Assembly: GCA_963799145.1 (NCBI GenBank)
Contig: CAWCWQ010000206.1
Span: 6,354 to 70,353 of the forward strand
Direction: 5' to 3'
DNA from: an uncultured Acidobacteriaceae bacterium
GTDB taxonomy: Bacteria; Acidobacteriota; Terriglobia; Terriglobales; Acidobacteriaceae
Length of the DNA stretch: 64,000 nt
Shown: positions 10,249 through 19,245 of the stretch, piece after piece
Layout of the letters: each line of letters opens with the position of its first letter
Position numbering within the stretch: position 1 is the first letter of the stretch
Notes under the pieces: generated by a model
What the model was told of the DNA's origin: nothing
What the model saw: the letters and a program-made list of their open reading frames with translations, nothing else
Database searches by the model: none
Program-made: the position numbers and the translations under genes

Positions 10249-12390
10249 ATGAAAACGTACCAGGGAAGCGAGATCCGCAACGTAGCTGTAGTGGGGCATG
10301 CGCACAGCGGCAAAACCACCTTGATCGCCGCGCTGCTGCATGCCGCCAAGATGACCCCAACCCAGGGGCGCGTGGCCGACGGCACGGCCGCCACCGCCTA
10401 CGACGAAGAAGAGATAGCCCGCGGCGCAACCATGCAGAACGCCGTGGCCTTTGCCGAGTGGCAGGGCGTCAAGATCAACCTCGTCGACACCCCCGGCTTT
10501 CACATGTTCAGCCACGAGGCGCGCGCCGCCCTGCTTCCCGTTGAAGCCGCCGTCGTCCTCATCAATGCCCAGAATGGCGTTGAACCCATCACCGAGCGCG
10601 TATGGCGCTACGCCGATGAAGCCGGCATCCCCCGCATCGTACTGGTCAACCAGATGGACCACCCCAAGGCCGGCGGCGGCAGCGGACTGAGCGCCCTGGC
10701 CGACGACCTGGCCGACCGCTGGGGCCGCAACTGTGTTCTTGTCCAGTTGCCCATCTCCGACGCCGAAGGCTTTCACGGCGTGGTGGACCTGGTGACCATG
10801 CAGGCCTTTCACTACACGCCCGGCGGCGATGGCCGCGGCAAGCTCGCCGAGCTGCCCAACAGCCTGGCGGCCGACGCCAAGGCGCGCCACGAGGCGCTGG
10901 TCGAGCTGATCGCCGAGGGCAAAGACGAGCTGATGGAGGAGTACTTCGAGACCGGCACGCTCACCGTGGAGCACCTCACCGCCGCGCTCCACGAAGCCAT
11001 CCGCGAAGACCGCATCTTCCCGGTGCTGTTTTCCAGCGGCCAAGCCAACATGGGCGCCGACCGCCTGCTGGACTTCATCAAGGCCTACGCTCCCTCGCCC
11101 GTCGAGCGCGCTCCTATCGCCGTCCATGCGCCGCAGTACGAAGGCGCGGCAGCCGCTGAGGATGCAGCCGCCGAGGCCGTAACCGCCACCCGCAAGGTGG
11201 ATGACAGCGAACCGGTTGGCATGGTGATCTTCAAGACCATGACCGACCCCTTCGCCGGGCGCATCAGCTTCTTCAAAGTCGTCAGCGGCATCGTCAAAAA
11301 CGAAGCCACGGTGGAGAACTACACCCGCCGCGGCCAGGAGCGCCTCTCGCACCTGAGTGTGATGCAGGGCCGCAAGGCCATCGAGATTCCCGAGCTGCAC
11401 GCCGGCGACCTGGGCGCGGTGGCCAAGCTCCGCGACACCCTTACCGGCGACACGCTGGGCCAGAAGGGCGCTGAGATTCAAGTCGACCTTCATCCTCTGC
11501 CCGAGCCGGCCATGACCTACGCCATCGAGCCCAAGAGCCGCGCCGACGAAGACAAGCTCGCGCCCGCCATTCACAAGCTCATGGAAGAGGATCTGCTCAT
11601 CCGCTTCTTCCGCGACCCGCAGACCAACGAGTTCCTGATCGCCGGCGCGGGCCAGCCGCACATCGAGGCCATCGTCAGCCGCCTCAAAAAGCGCTACCAC
11701 GCCGAGGTCACCCTCAAGGCCCCCAAGGTGCCCTATCGCGAGACCATCCGCGCCAAGGTCGAGGCGCCGGGACGCCACAAAAAGCAGACTGGCGGCCACG
11801 GCCAATTCGGCGACTGCAAGATTCGCATGGAGCCCTTGCCCCGCGGCGGCGGCTTCGAGTTCGCCAGCGAAGTTTTTGGCGGCGCAATCCCCCGCAACTT
11901 CATCCCCGCCATCGAGAAAGGTATCGTCGAGTCGGCCGCCCGCGGCTATCTCGCCGGCTACCCGGTCGTCGACTTCAGGGCTGTCGTCTACGACGGCAGT
12001 TACCACGACGTCGACTCGAACGAAATGAGCTTCAAGATGGCCGGCCGCCTCGCCTTCCGCAAGGCCATGGAAACGGCCAAGCCGTGCCTGCTCGAACCCG
12101 TCATGAAGGTCGAGATCGAAGCCCCGGACGAGTTCGCCGGCACCCTCATGGGCGACCTGAACAGCCGCCGTGGCCGCGTAGCCGGCATGGAGTCCAAGGG
12201 CCGCACCACAGTCATCAACGCCCAGGTTCCCATGGCCGAGATGCTGACTTACGGAACGCTGTTGACTTCCATGACTCAGGGCAAAGGCAGTTACCGCATG
12301 GAGATGGACCACTACGACATCGTCCCGCAGTTGGTGGCCGAAAAGATCCTGGCCAACGCCAAGCGGCCGGTGGAAGAGGAGGAAGAATAG
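10249..12390 (+). CDS. fusA: elongation factor G-like paralog (EF-G2 type)
   Basis: GHAHSGKTT, DTPG, VPYRETI, KKQTGGHGQFG, DGSYHDVDS, LLEPVM; outside a str operon, with divergent G motifs. Confidence 0.9.
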   Translation: MKTYQGSEIRNVAVVGHAHSGKTTLIAALLHAAKMTPTQGRVADGTAATAYDEEEIARGATMQNAVAFAEWQGVKINLVDTPGFHMFSHEARAALLPVEAAVVLINAQNGVEPITERVWRYADEAGIPRIVLVNQMDHPKAGGGSGLSALADDLADRWGRNCVLVQLPISDAEGFHGVVDLVTMQAFHYTPGGDGRGKLAELPNSLAADAKARHEALVELIAEGKDELMEEYFETGTLTVEHLTAALHEAIREDRIFPVLFSSGQANMGADRLLDFIKAYAPSPVERAPIAVHAPQYEGAAAAEDAAAEAVTATRKVDDSEPVGMVIFKTMTDPFAGRISFFKVVSGIVKNEATVENYTRRGQERLSHLSVMQGRKAIEIPELHAGDLGAVAKLRDTLTGDTLGQKGAEIQVDLHPLPEPAMTYAIEPKSRADEDKLAPAIHKLMEEDLLIRFFRDPQTNEFLIAGAGQPHIEAIVSRLKKRYHAEVTLKAPKVPYRETIRAKVEAPGRHKKQTGGHGQFGDCKIRMEPLPRGGGFEFASEVFGGAIPRNFIPAIEKGIVESAARGYLAGYPVVDFRAVVYDGSYHDVDSNEMSFKMAGRLAFRKAMETAKPCLLEPVMKVEIEAPDEFAGTLMGDLNSRRGRVAGMESKGRTTVINAQVPMAEMLTYGTLLTSMTQGKGSYRMEMDHYDIVPQLVAEKILANAKRPVEEEEE

Positions 12391-12401
12391 CCGAGCAGCT
12401 T

Positions 12402-12446
12402 TCTCATCCATGCGCCAGAAAACCGACGCATGGATGGGGGCCGGCT
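12402..12446 (+). repeat. REP-like hairpin copy (may also act as a terminator)
   Basis: CTCATCCATGCG-N12-CGCATGGATGGG stem followed by GGCCGGC; same architecture as the TCCCA...GATGGGGCACCC family. Confidence 0.6.
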
Positions 12447-12449
12447 AGG

Positions 12450-13349
12450 TCAATAGGTAAGCAACAGCCGGTCAGTAACCTCGTGTTCTTCCAAGCTACG
12501 TCCGTTCATTTGGAACCTCTTCAGCATTGAGCGTCCAAGAACAAGAAACACCTCGCGCTCAAACAAATTCTCCGGGACGGAAACGTCGCAGAGTCTGCGA
12601 CCAGAGTACTTTGTCCCGTCGATGCTCAGCGCAACCCGTACACCCCGCCCCTTGCAATCCGCGATGGCCTCAAATAAGCGATGAACCGAGAATCCCTGCG
12701 CACCGTATAGGATCGTTTGGCTGTCAACATAAGGGGGATCGCAGTAAACGATATCGCCCTTTGTAGCAAGTGACATCGTCTCGGCGAAATCCGCGTGAAT
12801 AAAGCGTGTTCCCGCCGTGCGCGCATGCCAGAGATCAACCCGCTCGGCAAAACTCTCCGGTGGCACCGGATAGTGGATGCCAACAGGCGTACTCATGTAC
12901 CCGTCTGCTTTTCGAAAACGAACCACGCCCCCATAACAGGCGCGACATAAAAATACCAAATCAGCGCCGTTTGGCCTCAAATTATAGCTCCCGAGTACAT
13001 ATTCGTAGCATTTTTCCTTCCCCATGACCTGAAGGAGTGCGTGTCGATCAGCATAGTGGCGTTTAAGCCTCTCTTTATCTTCCCGGAGGTCTTGCCAGAT
13101 TTCCATCAACGGAAGGAAGCTATCGCCAGCAACGGCCCGGTCAGGCGCGAGAACCCCTAGAACTCCGCCGCTGCCTAAGAACGGCTCGAAGTACGTTCCG
13201 TACTGCTTTGGAAAGTACCCAATGATTTCGTCTGCCTGCCTCTGCTTGTTCCCGATCCACTTGAGAAGCTGAGTGCGGAAGGGCCTCTCCTGGAGGAGGT
13301 CTTCGGGGGGAAATAGCGAAGTTTGAGAAGTCGATCCGATCCTGAGCAT
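12450..13349 (-). CDS. DNA adenine methyltransferase, Dam/alpha class (type II R-M MTase)
   Basis: LKWIGNK, EPFLGSGG (motif I) upstream of DIVYCDPPY (motif IV). Confidence 0.92.
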   Translation of the reverse strand: MLRIGSTSQTSLFPPEDLLQERPFRTQLLKWIGNKQRQADEIIGYFPKQYGTYFEPFLGSGGVLGVLAPDRAVAGDSFLPLMEIWQDLREDKERLKRHYADRHALLQVMGKEKCYEYVLGSYNLRPNGADLVFLCRACYGGVVRFRKADGYMSTPVGIHYPVPPESFAERVDLWHARTAGTRFIHADFAETMSLATKGDIVYCDPPYVDSQTILYGAQGFSVHRLFEAIADCKGRGVRVALSIDGTKYSGRRLCDVSVPENLFEREVFLVLGRSMLKRFQMNGRSLEEHEVTDRLLLTY

Positions 13350-13376
13350 TATTGTGATCTTCCACCCTCAGCCAGT

Positions 13377-13410
13377 ATATTCGAACTTTGAATATTCTAT
13401 ACCAGAATAT
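13377..13410 (+). promoter_or_regulatory. tandem C-box-like operator (2 x ATATTC-N7-GAATAT, 15-bp period)
   Basis: ATATTC 13377-82 with GAATAT 13390-95, and ATATTC 13392-97 with GAATAT 13405-10, directly before ATG 13411 of the XRE gene. Confidence 0.7.
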
Positions 13411-13638
13411 ATGGTGGCGTCTATGAAGAAACGCCGCCTTGCAGCCCTCCTGCGACAGGCCCGCGTTGAGGCCAAGCTCACTCAGGGTCAAGTAGCCGAG
13501 AGCATCGGACAGAGCCAGTCGTATGTTTCGAAATATGAAACCGGAGAGCAGCGCCTTGATTTGATTGAGTTGGAGGCCGTCTGTAAGGCGGTGGGTACCC
13601 CGCTGACGGAGTTCGTGAGGCGCTACCTTGAAGGCTGA
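13411..13638 (+). CDS. XRE-family HTH controller (C) protein
   Basis: LRQARVEAKLTQGQVAESIGQSQSYVSKYETGEQRLDLIEL; overlaps the downstream nuclease gene and is divergent from the MTase. Confidence 0.85.
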   Translation: MVASMKKRRLAALLRQARVEAKLTQGQVAESIGQSQSYVSKYETGEQRLDLIELEAVCKAVGTPLTEFVRRYLEG

Positions 13639-14479
13639 TCCCCGTTTTGTTCGACAACCGAAGGAGTTCTGGGCGCACGTTCGAACCATCAGCCAAGAGG
13701 TGGGCTACACGGATCGCCGTACAAGCGCGATCCGTGTTCCCGCGCTAGACGAGATCCGCGAAGAGTTTCTGCGATTGGGCCTAAGCACAGCTCACATCGC
13801 AAACGCAGCCAGCGAAGCCACACCTTTCGGTCAGCTACTCTTCGAGTATTTCAATTACCGCGCGAGTATCCTGAACGACACCGTTCAAGGGCAGCTCATG
13901 GACAAAGCCGCTGCACAAACAGAGTTCAAGCGGCTCAAGGCCCAATTAAAGCCCAAGTGTCCATTGCCTTTGAATAAGCAGAAGGGCAACAAAAAGAATT
14001 TCGCCTTCCTGACCTGCATCGTAAACATGCTGGTGCAAGCGAATATCGGCGATGCACCATGCGATTTCGATCCGAGAAGTCTAACTACAATCACGCATAA
14101 CGCAATGCCGCAACGTACTCTGGCGCGTCGCGTCGATGGTGCTTTCCCGTCTGTCGTGAATCCTGTGGGAATATGGGAAATCAAGGAGTATTACTATACG
14201 ACGACGTTTGGTAGCCGCGTCGCCGATGGCGTGTACGAAACGCTATTGGATGGAATGGAACTGGAGGAACTCGAAGCCGCAGTAGGCCGCAAGGTTGACC
14301 ACCTATTGATCCTTGACGACCATTTTACATGGTGGAGATGCGGTCGTTCTTACTTGTGCCGAATTATTGATATCCTGCACATGGGCTTTGTCGATGAAGT
14401 GATCTTCGGGCGCGAGGTGTTGATACGGTTGCCGGAAGTGGCGAGCGAGTGGAAGGAACGCCTTAATCAAGTTAAATAA
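13628..14479 (+). CDS. putative type II restriction endonuclease (PD-(D/E)xK-like)
   Basis: VDGAFP...WEIKEY candidate catalytic motif; position in an MTase/C/R cassette; lower GC. Confidence 0.7.
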   Translation: MKADPRFVRQPKEFWAHVRTISQEVGYTDRRTSAIRVPALDEIREEFLRLGLSTAHIANAASEATPFGQLLFEYFNYRASILNDTVQGQLMDKAAAQTEFKRLKAQLKPKCPLPLNKQKGNKKNFAFLTCIVNMLVQANIGDAPCDFDPRSLTTITHNAMPQRTLARRVDGAFPSVVNPVGIWEIKEYYYTTTFGSRVADGVYETLLDGMELEELEAAVGRKVDHLLILDDHFTWWRCGRSYLCRIIDILHMGFVDEVIFGREVLIRLPEVASEWKERLNQVK

Positions 14480-14544
14480 GCGGGTGGCGCAGATTCCATG
14501 AGTAACGAATATGGGTCCCCATGTCCGGGTTTTCGGACCTGGGA
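14480..14544 (-). repeat. bipartite REP-like element (GCGGGTGGCGCAG...GGGTCCCCATGTCCG-GGTTTT-CGGACCTGGGA on +)
   Basis: Starts immediately after the endonuclease stop codon; reverse complement matches the units at 24113-24347. Confidence 0.65.
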
Positions 14545-14696
14545 GACCGCGTAACTCGACTGTCCGCTTCGGGTTCCCCAACCAGCCAGGCGCTCCTCGA
14601 ACTGGATCCCAATCAGCCTTCCAGTCTCCGCATCGACTGCTCATCTGTCAGAAGATCGATCAGGGCCGAGCGCGATTCCGTAACAGAATCTTTGAA

Positions 14697-15491
14697 TCAG
14701 TGACCGGCGATCATCTGCGGAGTAAGCACCGCGACGTGATCCACGCCCGCACCCTTGGCGAAGTCGATGACCTCAGCCACGGAAGCGAAGTCGAGCTTGT
14801 CGTCTCCACGGATGAACAGGACGCGCTCGGCGCGGTTCTTATAGATCTCGGTCAGCCTGGGCAGCAGTTCGGCTTTCTGCGCATCCACTTGGTTTATCTT
14901 GTAGGCCGGAGTCCCGGTTGGCTCATACAGAATCTGAACCACAATGGCGCCTTTCATGAACGTCGAGATCGGCTGGGGATCCATGAGCGATCCCTGCTTA
15001 CTCGTGGACGCCGACGGCGCCAACACGTACAATCCCATCGAACCGCTTTGGAGATCCAGGTAACTGTGCTGTGCATCGGCACTCTTACTGAAAACCAGCA
15101 ATCCTATCTCGTCAACATCCGCCGGTCTCAGAGAGTCGATGACGTCTTCAACCGTCCGGTACTTTGCCCGCGCATCGGCGCGAATATAGACCTCTTTGTT
15201 CACTCTGTCGGCGAGCCTGTCGCGAACCTGCGAACTCAGGTCGCTTATCTCTGTCCGATAACTTCCGAGAAATACAGCGCCATCTCTTGGAACCGTCACG
15301 ATGACGGCGTCCACCTTGTTGGCGTCGGGCATGAAGATTGGATTCTCCGCCCCCGCCATCGCGACATACGGCTTTTGCGGCTCCCGCGGCTTGTTCTGGA
15401 GTTTTTCGCTTAACCAGCCGCATCCGCACATGCAGAACAGCAGACCGGCTGAAGCTCCTGCAAGCGCCATGAATCGTGCTGTGCGGTTCAT
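14697..15491 (-). CDS. tandem ExbD/TolR periplasmic-domain protein with lipoprotein-like signal
   Basis: Two ExbD C-domains (VYIRADARAKY..V.DVID and VLFIRGDDKLDF..VAEVID..KGAGV); N-terminal LLFCMCGC. Confidence 0.8.
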   Translation of the reverse strand: MNRTARFMALAGASAGLLFCMCGCGWLSEKLQNKPREPQKPYVAMAGAENPIFMPDANKVDAVIVTVPRDGAVFLGSYRTEISDLSSQVRDRLADRVNKEVYIRADARAKYRTVEDVIDSLRPADVDEIGLLVFSKSADAQHSYLDLQSGSMGLYVLAPSASTSKQGSLMDPQPISTFMKGAIVVQILYEPTGTPAYKINQVDAQKAELLPRLTEIYKNRAERVLFIRGDDKLDFASVAEVIDFAKGAGVDHVAVLTPQMIAGH

Positions 15492-15567
15492 CCACTATCC
15501 CTCCCAGTTCCGGCCTAGCCGATTCCAAGTTTGCATGGGTCAACGCAAGGGATCATATCGCCGGGTG

Positions 15568-15640
15568 GCGGGTTGCGCAGATCCCACTACCGGCCGACAT
15601 ACTACTTTGGGCGCCCCGAATCCGGATTACCGGCGCGGAG
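15568..15640 (-). repeat. degenerate copy of the bipartite REP-like element
   Basis: GCGGGTTGCGCAGAT...GGGCGCCCC versus GCGGGTGGCGCAGAT...GGGTCCCC at 14480. Confidence 0.45.
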
Positions 15641-16744
15641 TTACTGGCTCGCGGCCGGGGACGGCGAAGCCGCCTTGGCGCGCATAACATCGCTGAAGAA
15701 CTTGCCCTCGCCGGTAAGCTGGAATGTGTCCCATGAGGAAAACATGGTCGGACCCCACTCCGGATCGAAGCACCAAGCAATCCAGCTGATGCCTCTCGAT
15801 TCGAGGTAGCCGGTAATCTGGTTGCCGTAATCGATGCCTTGTTCCCTTGTGCCGTCGCCAGAGTCGAAGCCAAGCTCGGTTGCAATAATCGGGAAGCGAT
15901 CGGCGGCAAAGCCGAAATCCTCTTCCCACTTGGGCGGCCAGGGCTTCGGTCTCTTGATGGGATAGGGATGAGTGACGTATCCGATGTGCTCCGCCCGGAT
16001 GGGACTGATGCGCAGGGGAGTCAGATCATAGGCCCAGTCGAAGCCGGCAACCAGCGGAATGGTCTCCTTGTCATAAGCGCGGATGAGCGAAATCAAATCC
16101 TCGTTGATCTGGCGCCATTCTTCCCACGATACCGATCCCAGCTGGCCAAAGAAAACGGTCGGCTCGTTGAACAGCTCGAAGAATGCGACGGTATGATTCC
16201 CGTTGTAATGGGCGGCGATAATGCGCCAGAAGTTGAAGGTCTCAGGCATGCTCGTCTCATACATCGGGTCCTGAAAGAGGCCCTGCTTGAGATTGCCGAT
16301 GGAGTGCCAGTCGATGTCGACATACAGGCCCAGATCGGTGCACCACTGCACAGCCTGATCGAGCAAGGCAAGGTAGTTCTTTGTTCCACGCCCGCGCCAG
16401 GCGACGGGGTGGACGGGAATGCGGACCACCGTCGCTCCTGTCTCCTTGACCTTGATGAAAAGGTCCTTGTTCCAGTGGCCCTGGCTCTCGGTCTTATCGG
16501 GATCGGCGATGCTGACTCCACGGAAGAGGATCGGCGCACCGGTTGGATCGACGAAGCGGTTGCCGCGGACGGAGATAAGCGGAAGTTTCTTTCCGTCCGG
16601 GCTGTTGAGAGGCCGGGTGAGATAGGCCGCGCGCCACCAATCGCTCTCTTTCCTCGTCTCGGCTTTGGGGTTTGCGGTCTGCGCCAGCGCGTTCAAGCCA
16701 CATAGGATTGCGATAACGGCAGCGGCATAGGTGAATCGCTTCAT
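15641..16744 (-). CDS. secreted glycoside hydrolase family 5 (cellulase-like)
   Basis: Signal peptide MKRFTYAAAVIAILCGLNALA; VVRIP, IDWH, ELFNEP (acid/base), HPY, ATELG (nucleophile). Confidence 0.9.
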   Translation of the reverse strand: MKRFTYAAAVIAILCGLNALAQTANPKAETRKESDWWRAAYLTRPLNSPDGKKLPLISVRGNRFVDPTGAPILFRGVSIADPDKTESQGHWNKDLFIKVKETGATVVRIPVHPVAWRGRGTKNYLALLDQAVQWCTDLGLYVDIDWHSIGNLKQGLFQDPMYETSMPETFNFWRIIAAHYNGNHTVAFFELFNEPTVFFGQLGSVSWEEWRQINEDLISLIRAYDKETIPLVAGFDWAYDLTPLRISPIRAEHIGYVTHPYPIKRPKPWPPKWEEDFGFAADRFPIIATELGFDSGDGTREQGIDYGNQITGYLESRGISWIAWCFDPEWGPTMFSSWDTFQLTGEGKFFSDVMRAKAASPSPAASQ

Positions 16745-16992
16745 GTTGTTCTGTCCCTTCGCGCGGAGATTGGCGGTTACGGATAGTTGCGGGCGTCCTG
16801 AGCGCCGGGGCAAGTCGCCTAATCATATCTTTTTGCATGGGGCATCGTCGAGCTCACCATTCGCGCGGGGTCCAGGCTGCGTTGAGCCCGCCGCGGCGGC
16901 TTGGACATGGGAGTCCACAAGCATCGACTGACCGCTCTCTTGTTCCCCATCCTGAGATGCGCCGCGCGGCCCGGCGCAGAACGAGAGTTAAG

Positions 16993-17838
16993 ATGGAGAC
17001 AATGACCACAGCACATTTGGAGCCTGCACCGGCGGACGTCGCCGAGGGGTCGGTGCGCTCGGCAGACGGAACGCGCATCGGCTTTCGCCGCCTCGGGCGC
17101 GGCCCGGCGGTGGTCTTTGTGCATGGCAGCGTCTCCACGCACACCGATTGGATGCCCGTGGCCAGGCTGCTGGCAAGCCGCTTTACCTGCTTTGCGATGG
17201 ACCGGCGCGGCCGCGCCAAAAGCGGCGACGGCCCCGGACCTTATTCGATCGGGCGCGAGTACGAGGATATTGCCGCGGTGCTCACTGCCGCTAAGGTCGA
17301 AACCGGAGGGGACGCCGCCTTGGTTGGTCATTCTTATGGGGCCATCTGCGCCTTGGGCACGGCCATACGCCACCCGGTAACGCGGCTGGTGCTCTACGAG
17401 CCGCCCCTGCCCGCCGGCGGCCCGATCGCGGGCGAGAATCTGAAGCCCTATGCCGCCGCCGTGGCGGAGGGCGACCTGGACAAGGCGCTGGAGCTGGGCC
17501 TGGCCGCCTTCCCGCACATGCCTGCGGCGGAGATTGCCGCCCTCCGAAGCTCGAAGGGATGGCCGCGCCTTCGCCCGCTGGCCAAAAGCTGGATACGCGA
17601 ACTCGAGGCCATGGATGCGCAGAGCCCGGACTTGACGCACCATCGCGTGCTCTCCTGTCCGTCGATGCTTCTGGCGGGGAGCCTGAGCCCGGAGCATCCG
17701 ATGCTGGACGCCGCGCGCGCCCTGGCCAAGGTTCTGGCCGGTGCGCGCTTCGAGTGGCTGCCAGGCCAGGGCCACACAGCGATGCGAATGGCGCCGGAGA
17801 TGGTGGCGCGCTTGATCGGCGAGTTCCTGACGCAATAA
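16993..17838 (+). CDS. alpha/beta hydrolase
   Basis: VFVHG, DRRGRAKS, GHSYG nucleophile elbow, C-terminal GQGH. Confidence 0.9.
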   Translation: METMTTAHLEPAPADVAEGSVRSADGTRIGFRRLGRGPAVVFVHGSVSTHTDWMPVARLLASRFTCFAMDRRGRAKSGDGPGPYSIGREYEDIAAVLTAAKVETGGDAALVGHSYGAICALGTAIRHPVTRLVLYEPPLPAGGPIAGENLKPYAAAVAEGDLDKALELGLAAFPHMPAAEIAALRSSKGWPRLRPLAKSWIRELEAMDAQSPDLTHHRVLSCPSMLLAGSLSPEHPMLDAARALAKVLAGARFEWLPGQGHTAMRMAPEMVARLIGEFLTQ

Positions 17839-17938
17839 ATGGCGGCCTGGCCGAAGTCAGTTGAACGGGCATGTTCCCATGCTGGATCGCCGCCTGATCC
17901 CCAACCTGGCGGCGAAGAACCTTCAGGCCCTTAGTGCT

Positions 17939-18616
17939 CTAAACCACGGCAGACGGAGGGTGCTCCTCGGCTTCGAGCCTGCTGCCCACCTCGGCGGCAG
18001 CCTGCGCCAGCACCCGGTGGTGGATGGTAAACAGCGCCAGTTCAAGACGATCGCTGACCCCGGTCTTGTCGTAGATCGAGCGCAGGTAGTTTTTGATCAC
18101 CTGTTCGGTGGTCTTGAGGCGGGTTGCGATCTCGCGGTTCTTGCAGCCCTGAACGATGAGGGCCACGATGCGCATCTCCTTGGGTGTCAGCCGGTCGCGC
18201 ACGCGCGTGCCCACCATATCTTCTTCGGGCGAGTCGGGCAGCATGAGTTGTGGAGGCACCCAGGTATCGCCGGCGGCGACGCGGCGCACGCACTCGCACA
18301 GAGCGGGTCCGGAGACGCTGCGAAAGACGACGCCCCGAAAACCCTGCTGCAAATACGAGTTGGCGGCATCTGCATTCTCTGCGATCACTATGCCTCGACT
18401 GCCGGCGCTCTCCAACAGAAGGCGCAGGCGGGTCAGGTCCGGCCGCAGCGACGCTGCGAATAGCACGATCGATCCGGGGAAGGTGGTGATCGCATGTTGC
18501 ATCCGATCCAGATCCGTACACTGAGCGATGATGCGCAGATCCTCGTCCATAGCCAGGACCTTGGCGGTCCCTGCTCGGAAAATTGCCTGCGAGTCGGCCA
18601 GGATGATCTTGTTCAC
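17939..18616 (-). CDS. NarL/LuxR-family response regulator with atypical receiver
   Basis: C-terminal LTPKE..GCKNREIA..TEQVIKNYLRSIYDKTGVSDRLEL HTH; receiver-like N-terminus. Confidence 0.88.
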   Translation of the reverse strand: MNKIILADSQAIFRAGTAKVLAMDEDLRIIAQCTDLDRMQHAITTFPGSIVLFAASLRPDLTRLRLLLESAGSRGIVIAENADAANSYLQQGFRGVVFRSVSGPALCECVRRVAAGDTWVPPQLMLPDSPEEDMVGTRVRDRLTPKEMRIVALIVQGCKNREIATRLKTTEQVIKNYLRSIYDKTGVSDRLELALFTIHHRVLAQAAAEVGSRLEAEEHPPSAVV

Positions 18617-19245
18617 GATGTGCGCCTCATTGGACTTATTTCTCCGATCGGACTTCTATGCAGCCGGCCCAATTCTCTTTTCCGGCTGGACCGGAGGCAG
18701 CCACGCGAGATCCGCCACCTGCTTCCGCCTCTTGCGGCACTATCGGCAGAACCGCACAGAATCCTGGATCTGTCCGCATTTGCGACACAGCCAACCCCTG
18801 GGGATTTCTTTCGTAACCGGTGCGCGATGGGAGATTGTATTGGTCAGGCAAGTTTCCTACGAATGAGATTACAGCCTTCGAACCCGAACGGTCACGAAAA
18901 ATCGTCGGGGCAAGCGTCGAATCTGCCGCACCCAATTGGGCGGGCAGGTCTTCACCAAGCACCTTATAGAGAATTAGCGCCCTCTTTCCCCAGGGTTCGG
19001 TGACCGGCTCGGAAGGCTTGCGCCGGGGGCTGGTGGGGCTCCGCACCTCTTGCCAGCGGACCCCGTGCAGCGCCTTCGGCGAGGCTGGCAGCGAATGCGA
19101 AGATGAGCGAACCGGCGGTTTTGCAAGCGCGGAATCTCGGGCTGGCCAAACTCGCTTGGATTAGCAAACTCCAATCTCTTCTTCAGCAGGACAAGTCCAT
19201 CAAGTTGATGCGCGCCCCGCCGATGGAAGAGATTGAGAGGCTTCC

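Noticed and set aside
9982-12411. 809-aa minus-strand ORF and similar long antisense ORFs (e.g. 1592-2809, 22141-23370, 46703-48166, 61239-62396)
   Set aside because: Shadow frames of well-supported genes on the opposite strand in high-GC DNA; no motifs.
18620-19245. c-di-GMP riboswitch upstream of the GGDEF/mot genes
   Set aside because: The GGCAAA...GGGACGCAAAG core could not be found on either strand by eye.
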